DNA of 64,000 nt from Gammaproteobacteria bacterium. Its GTDB lineage: Bacteria; Pseudomonadota; Gammaproteobacteria; GCA-001735895. The notes beneath the pieces are model-generated. The model was given only the letters and a program-made list of their open reading frames with translations. It was not told the DNA's origin and made no database searches. The stretch covers positions 32,001 through 96,000 of the forward strand of contig JBNKUM010000062.1 of the NCBI GenBank assembly GCA_050298595.1, given 5' to 3'. Shown piece after piece: positions 60,080 through 64,000 of this stretch. Position numbers and translations under genes: made by a program. How positions within the stretch are numbered: the stretch's first letter is position 1; every line of letters starts with the position of its first letter.

Positions 60080-60983
60080 CCCCCGCAAACAACGAGGTAT
60101 CGCGCTAATCATGGCAATGCTGGTCGTTGCTATTGCTGCAGTAACGGCTGTTTCACTGGTACATGAGCAGTCTTTCAGTGTACGTAAGACATCTAATTTG
60201 CAACATTATGATACCGGCTTGTTGTATGGCGTGGGTCTTGAAGATTATGCAAGGCTATTCCTTAAGAAGGATGCAAAAGACTCCAAAATTGATCACCTGG
60301 GCGAAGACTGGGCCATAGGTATTCCTGCATTACCGATTGATGGGGGCTTTTTATCTGGTTCTATCCAGGATGCACAGGGATTACTAAACATTAATAACCT
60401 GTTAACCAATGTAGCATCACGCCAGCAGTTGACTCTGCTATGTAAGAATCAAGATGTGAATCCGGATTTTGTGCCAGCTTTAATTGACTGGATTGACCAA
60501 AATACTGAAGCAGAGGTTCCTGATGGTGCCGAAGACGACTATTATACTGCTCTTGATGTTCCCTACCGTACTGCGAATCGACCTATGGCTGATATCAGTG
60601 AATTGAAGTTGATAAAGGGTGTTGATAAAGAGATGTATATAAAACTGAAACCCTTTTTGACAGCATTACCGGAAAAGACAGCTTTGAACTTGAATACTAT
60701 TCCTGGAGACATATTCGATACACTGGGACTGGGTAAAACCAGTCAGGAATTTATCGAGGAGCGTGATAAGGATGCGTTTAGTAGTTTGGAAGACTTCGCT
60801 ACTCGTTTGAATATCGTTCTTGATGAGAAGCAGAAAGAATATCTATCGGTTTCTACGTCTTACTTTCTAGCCTCTGGTGTAGTGACTTTAGGCGAAAAAT
60901 CAATAACTTTAAATTCTTTGATATACAGAGATAAAAACGGGCTATCGAAAGTATTAACGCGAAGCCTGGGTAGTTTTTTATGA
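60054..60983 (+). CDS. gspK: Minor pseudopilin K
   Basis: QRG|IALIM; DHLGEDWA, LIDWID, GAEDDYY, LNLNT; true start may be slightly downstream (60066 or 60072). Confidence 0.92.
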   Translation: MRSAMCLISPRKQRGIALIMAMLVVAIAAVTAVSLVHEQSFSVRKTSNLQHYDTGLLYGVGLEDYARLFLKKDAKDSKIDHLGEDWAIGIPALPIDGGFLSGSIQDAQGLLNINNLLTNVASRQQLTLLCKNQDVNPDFVPALIDWIDQNTEAEVPDGAEDDYYTALDVPYRTANRPMADISELKLIKGVDKEMYIKLKPFLTALPEKTALNLNTIPGDIFDTLGLGKTSQEFIEERDKDAFSSLEDFATRLNIVLDEKQKEYLSVSTSYFLASGVVTLGEKSITLNSLIYRDKNGLSKVLTRSLGSFL

Positions 60984-62173
60984 ATAAAAATCGAATTCTT
61001 TTTCATGACTCCAACCTGCAACGTTTTGACTGGTGCAGGATTGATTCTGAATCCGCGCAAATACAGACTGGACATGCCGAAGTTGAGCAGTTAGGTCGAA
61101 TTTTCCCGCAAGGCACTCTAGTTACGGTTTTTCTCCCTCAGCAAATGATTTTGCAGACTTCTGCTCAAATGCCACCAAGGGCCAATAAACAACAGCTCAA
61201 TGCAATTTCATACGCAATTGAGGATCAACTTGCTGAAGACATCGAAAACTGTTTCTTTGCAATACTCCCTCAACGGGAGGATGGCTCGGTTCCAGTAGCT
61301 GTTATTGATCAAAATAAAATGGATGAAATTAGTGCACTTATAGCTGAATATCATCTACAGGTTCGACTGATATTACCCCAGATGTATTTATGTCCCAAGC
61401 CTGATGACGCCTCTGTAATTGCTACAGTTTGCTCGATACGGCAAGGTTTTCTGGTGCGTACAGCAGAACATGAAGGTTTTTATTGTGAAGCATCCGTATT
61501 GCCTCAGATATTAAAGTTGGTTTCCAGGCATTCCGAACAAAAAGTTCAGCAGGTTATCTGTTTTGGTAGTTTGCCAGAGCAGCTCGATATTACTGATGTT
61601 GAAATTATTGGTCAGCCGCAACTAGATTTACTCACTCAGGATGTGGTTGAATCTGGTTGTCTTAATCTGAAACAGAAAAAATACGAAAGCTCGCATCAAT
61701 GGATAGCCATCCTGCGCCGATGGAAATGGCCAGCCCTTGTGTTGTTATTACTGATGTTTATATTTATTTCAGATGCTGTTATCGATTTATGGCAACAAAA
61801 GAATTTACTCAATACTCTGGTTCAACAACAGAATGCTTTGCTGAAACAAAAACTACCCGAACTGGCTGATTCAGATAATCCTCGCTCAGAATTAACCAAA
61901 TACCTGGCTGATCACAGGGGCGGATCTGAACAGAAGGGTTTTCTTGACCAGTTATATGAGTTCGTGCGTTTGAAAGAGGGGTTAACACAGCTTAATACCG
62001 GAAAAATTCAATTTCAGAAGTTCAGCTTGATTGTTGATCTTGAAAGTAAAGACCTGAAGTCACTTGAGTCTCTTAGAGCAAAACTCGGAACGTCCAGTTT
62101 TAAGGCTCGTATCGATAATGTCAATATCAACCCAGAAAAGACAACTGGGCGTCTGATTATGGAGGAACGCTAA
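60980..62173 (+). CDS. gspL: Type II secretion protein L
   Basis: AISYAIEDQLAEDIE; TM after RRWKW; operon position. Confidence 0.88.
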   Translation: MNKNRILFHDSNLQRFDWCRIDSESAQIQTGHAEVEQLGRIFPQGTLVTVFLPQQMILQTSAQMPPRANKQQLNAISYAIEDQLAEDIENCFFAILPQREDGSVPVAVIDQNKMDEISALIAEYHLQVRLILPQMYLCPKPDDASVIATVCSIRQGFLVRTAEHEGFYCEASVLPQILKLVSRHSEQKVQQVICFGSLPEQLDITDVEIIGQPQLDLLTQDVVESGCLNLKQKKYESSHQWIAILRRWKWPALVLLLLMFIFISDAVIDLWQQKNLLNTLVQQQNALLKQKLPELADSDNPRSELTKYLADHRGGSEQKGFLDQLYEFVRLKEGLTQLNTGKIQFQKFSLIVDLESKDLKSLESLRAKLGTSSFKARIDNVNINPEKTTGRLIMEER

Positions 62174-62652
62174 TGAGAACCTGGTGGGAAGGAATTAGTC
62201 TGCGCGAACGCTTGATTGTGATTGTCGCCAGTATTGCTGTGTTCTATGTATTACTGGACCTCATTCTTATCCAGCCAGTTCTGGGCCAACGGCAGCAATT
62301 GATAGAGGATGTTGCACAGGCGAGAGAAGATTTAGCCTGGATTCAGCAGGCCGTCCAAAAAATACCTTCAGGGAGTAACAGCGCTGCTAAAGCCTTAAAG
62401 GGAAGTATCGCTACCTATGTTGATGGACAGATTACACGCTCAGGTTTAAAGAAAAACTTGCAGCAAATGACTCCGATTTTGAAACACTCGGTTCGGGTAC
62501 GTTTATCGGATGTAGATTTTAATAAATTACTTAATTTCCTGCTTGCGCTAGAGGCTTCAATAGAAATCGAAGAAGTACGAATCCTGCCGCAATCTAACTC
62601 AGGTGTTGTTAACGCGAGCCTGGTGCTGAAAAATTCCAATGCTACGTCATGA
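62173..62652 (+). CDS. gspM: Type II secretion protein M
   Basis: WWEGISLRER, TM, VRVRLSDVDFNKLL, GVVNASL. Confidence 0.88.
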   Translation: MRTWWEGISLRERLIVIVASIAVFYVLLDLILIQPVLGQRQQLIEDVAQAREDLAWIQQAVQKIPSGSNSAAKALKGSIATYVDGQITRSGLKKNLQQMTPILKHSVRVRLSDVDFNKLLNFLLALEASIEIEEVRILPQSNSGVVNASLVLKNSNATS

Positions 62653-63446
62653 CAGCTAAACAGATATCTCTCGCTATAGTTTTATTCCTGCTGACTTTTC
62701 TGTTTGGGTTGGTCGTGAATATGCCCGCTATCCAGCTTTTTCAGGTCATCAAGATGCCTGAACAGGTTAAAATTCAGGGGCTTCAGGGGACGATCACTAG
62801 CGGGCAGATAGACCGGATGCTTGTTCAGGGGTATTCGTTGAGCCGGGTTGAATACAGGATTCAGTCATCTTGCTTTTTCAAACTGGCCTTATGTTATCAG
62901 CTTTTGTCAGAGGATGATGGTCTAGATATCAACCTGCAATATTCATTGATTCTGCAGGGTATTAGAATAACTGACAGTCTTATAGACCTGCCAGCCTCAT
63001 TTTTCAAAATGATACCTAATTTGCCGGTCAGACCGGCTGGTCTATTCAAAATAAATATTGAAAACCTGCAGTTAGATGCCGCTTTTAAGTTGGAAGATAT
63101 TAAAGCCCAGGTAGAATGGGTTAATGCAGGTGTGCAGGGAGAAGATCAGGTTATTGGTAACTATATGGCTACCATAAAGCCATCCAGAGATGGGATTGAT
63201 GTGGCCTTAAGTGATCGAGATAGCCTTTTGGGCCTGAAAGGAAGTGTGAGTCTCAATTGGCAGGGGGAATATGACTCTGATCTTGAGTTTCAGAAAAGAA
63301 ACGGACTCAATCCCTCGATAGTTAGCATCCTTGATATATCAGCTAAAAAGTCGGGGTTGAATCAGTATCGGCTGAAAAACAAGGGGCGGCTGCCAGTTAA
63401 TATTTCCAGTACGTGGATGAAATATGCACCAAATAGCCAAAAATAG
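62649..63446 (+). CDS. gspN: Type II secretion protein N
   Basis: N-terminal TM ending MPA; LQGTITSG; last gene of the gsp operon. Confidence 0.8.
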   Translation: MTAKQISLAIVLFLLTFLFGLVVNMPAIQLFQVIKMPEQVKIQGLQGTITSGQIDRMLVQGYSLSRVEYRIQSSCFFKLALCYQLLSEDDGLDINLQYSLILQGIRITDSLIDLPASFFKMIPNLPVRPAGLFKINIENLQLDAAFKLEDIKAQVEWVNAGVQGEDQVIGNYMATIKPSRDGIDVALSDRDSLLGLKGSVSLNWQGEYDSDLEFQKRNGLNPSIVSILDISAKKSGLNQYRLKNKGRLPVNISSTWMKYAPNSQK

Positions 63447-63458
63447 TAACTCTGGTTG

Positions 63459-63474
63459 TATGATCTTGATCACA
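63459..63474. promoter_or_regulatory. CRP/Vfr-like box upstream of the terminal ORF
   Basis: TATGA-TCTTGA-TCACA, one mismatch from TGTGA-N6-TCACA. Confidence 0.35.
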
Positions 63475-63601
63475 TATATAGTGATATAAGTATAAGTGTA
63501 AGCTGCAACTTTATATAACTTGGGCTAAATGTGAGCTGCTTAACAGACTCTCAACAATAAAGTTCTAAAATCCATTCATCTTAATAAATGGATTTGGTTT
63601 C

Positions 63602-64000
63602 ATGGTGTTTTCTATCTTCAGTCAATCAAGTTTTGCTTCAAGGCTAACAGATCTGCTAGTTCTAATAGTATCGTTTTTGTTATTTGTGGCTTTGATGGAT
63701 TTAAAAGTAACCTCTCAACTTTTGGTTGAAATGTCTTTTTATGTTTCAGTCGTGTTTATCTGTCTTCGTTTTGCACGGCGGTTTATTTTTGAAAATTTTC
63801 ATTACAAAACTAGAGTTCTGAAAGTACTACTGGGCAATATCTCAGGACTAGTATCTGGTGTTGTTATGATCATTCTTGTAGGACAATTAATTCCTGTTTT
63901 TTCGCAAAGTGTTGTTGTCGTAGTTTTTTCCTCGATTTTGGCTTTTTTTATCCTTGGTACACTTTCTCCGCTGATTAAATCTTCAAATTATGATAGGATT
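63602..64000 (+). CDS. Partial multi-TM membrane protein running off the window end (not in the ORF track)
   Basis: ATG at 63602 opens 133 codons with no stop: MVFSIFSQSSFASRLTDLLVLIVSFLLF...AFFILGTLSPLIKSSNYDRI; about 4 hydrophobic segments. Confidence 0.6.
   Translation, partial: MVFSIFSQSSFASRLTDLLVLIVSFLLFVALMDLKVTSQLLVEMSFYVSVVFICLRFARRFIFENFHYKTRVLKVLLGNISGLVSGVVMIILVGQLIPVFSQSVVVVVFSSILAFFILGTLSPLIKSSNYDRI

Overview
Chromosomal DNA from a gammaproteobacterium that is very probably a sulfur oxidiser: it carries a type I sulfide:quinone oxidoreductase, two sulfur-globule-like proteins and a rhodanese. Most of the window is housekeeping: porin; yciO-trpS-scpAB-rluB; aminotransferase/uvrB; thrS-infC-rpmI-rplT-pheST-ihfA-merR; nrdR-rib-nusB-thiL-pgpA; gltX; a complete gspC-N type II secretion operon; and five tRNAs (Asn, Val, Pro, Ala, Glu). 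I found no integrase, transposase, prophage or CRISPR array. The most interesting signals are: (1) a candidate sulfur-globule locus at about 45.9-50.6 kb, with a secreted PYG-repeat protein behind a perfect FNR box, a membrane-anchored protein with a globule-type motif, an AAA-SPOR protein, a rhodanese and a Cys-motif unknown; (2) a RibB-RibA fusion in which both catalytic domains look inactivated; (3) a proteasome-beta-fold protease with Ser in place of the Thr1 nucleophile inside the riboflavin operon; (4) a PP2C-Ser/Thr kinase-small SHOCT-like protein module with no T6SS nearby, plus an unlinked adenylate cyclase-FHA gene; (5) a rhombosortase embedded between gspF and gspG; (6) an IscA-like protein with a Cys/Gly tail paired with an ATP-grasp ligase. 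All family assignments come from motif recognition by eye; no database searches were run.
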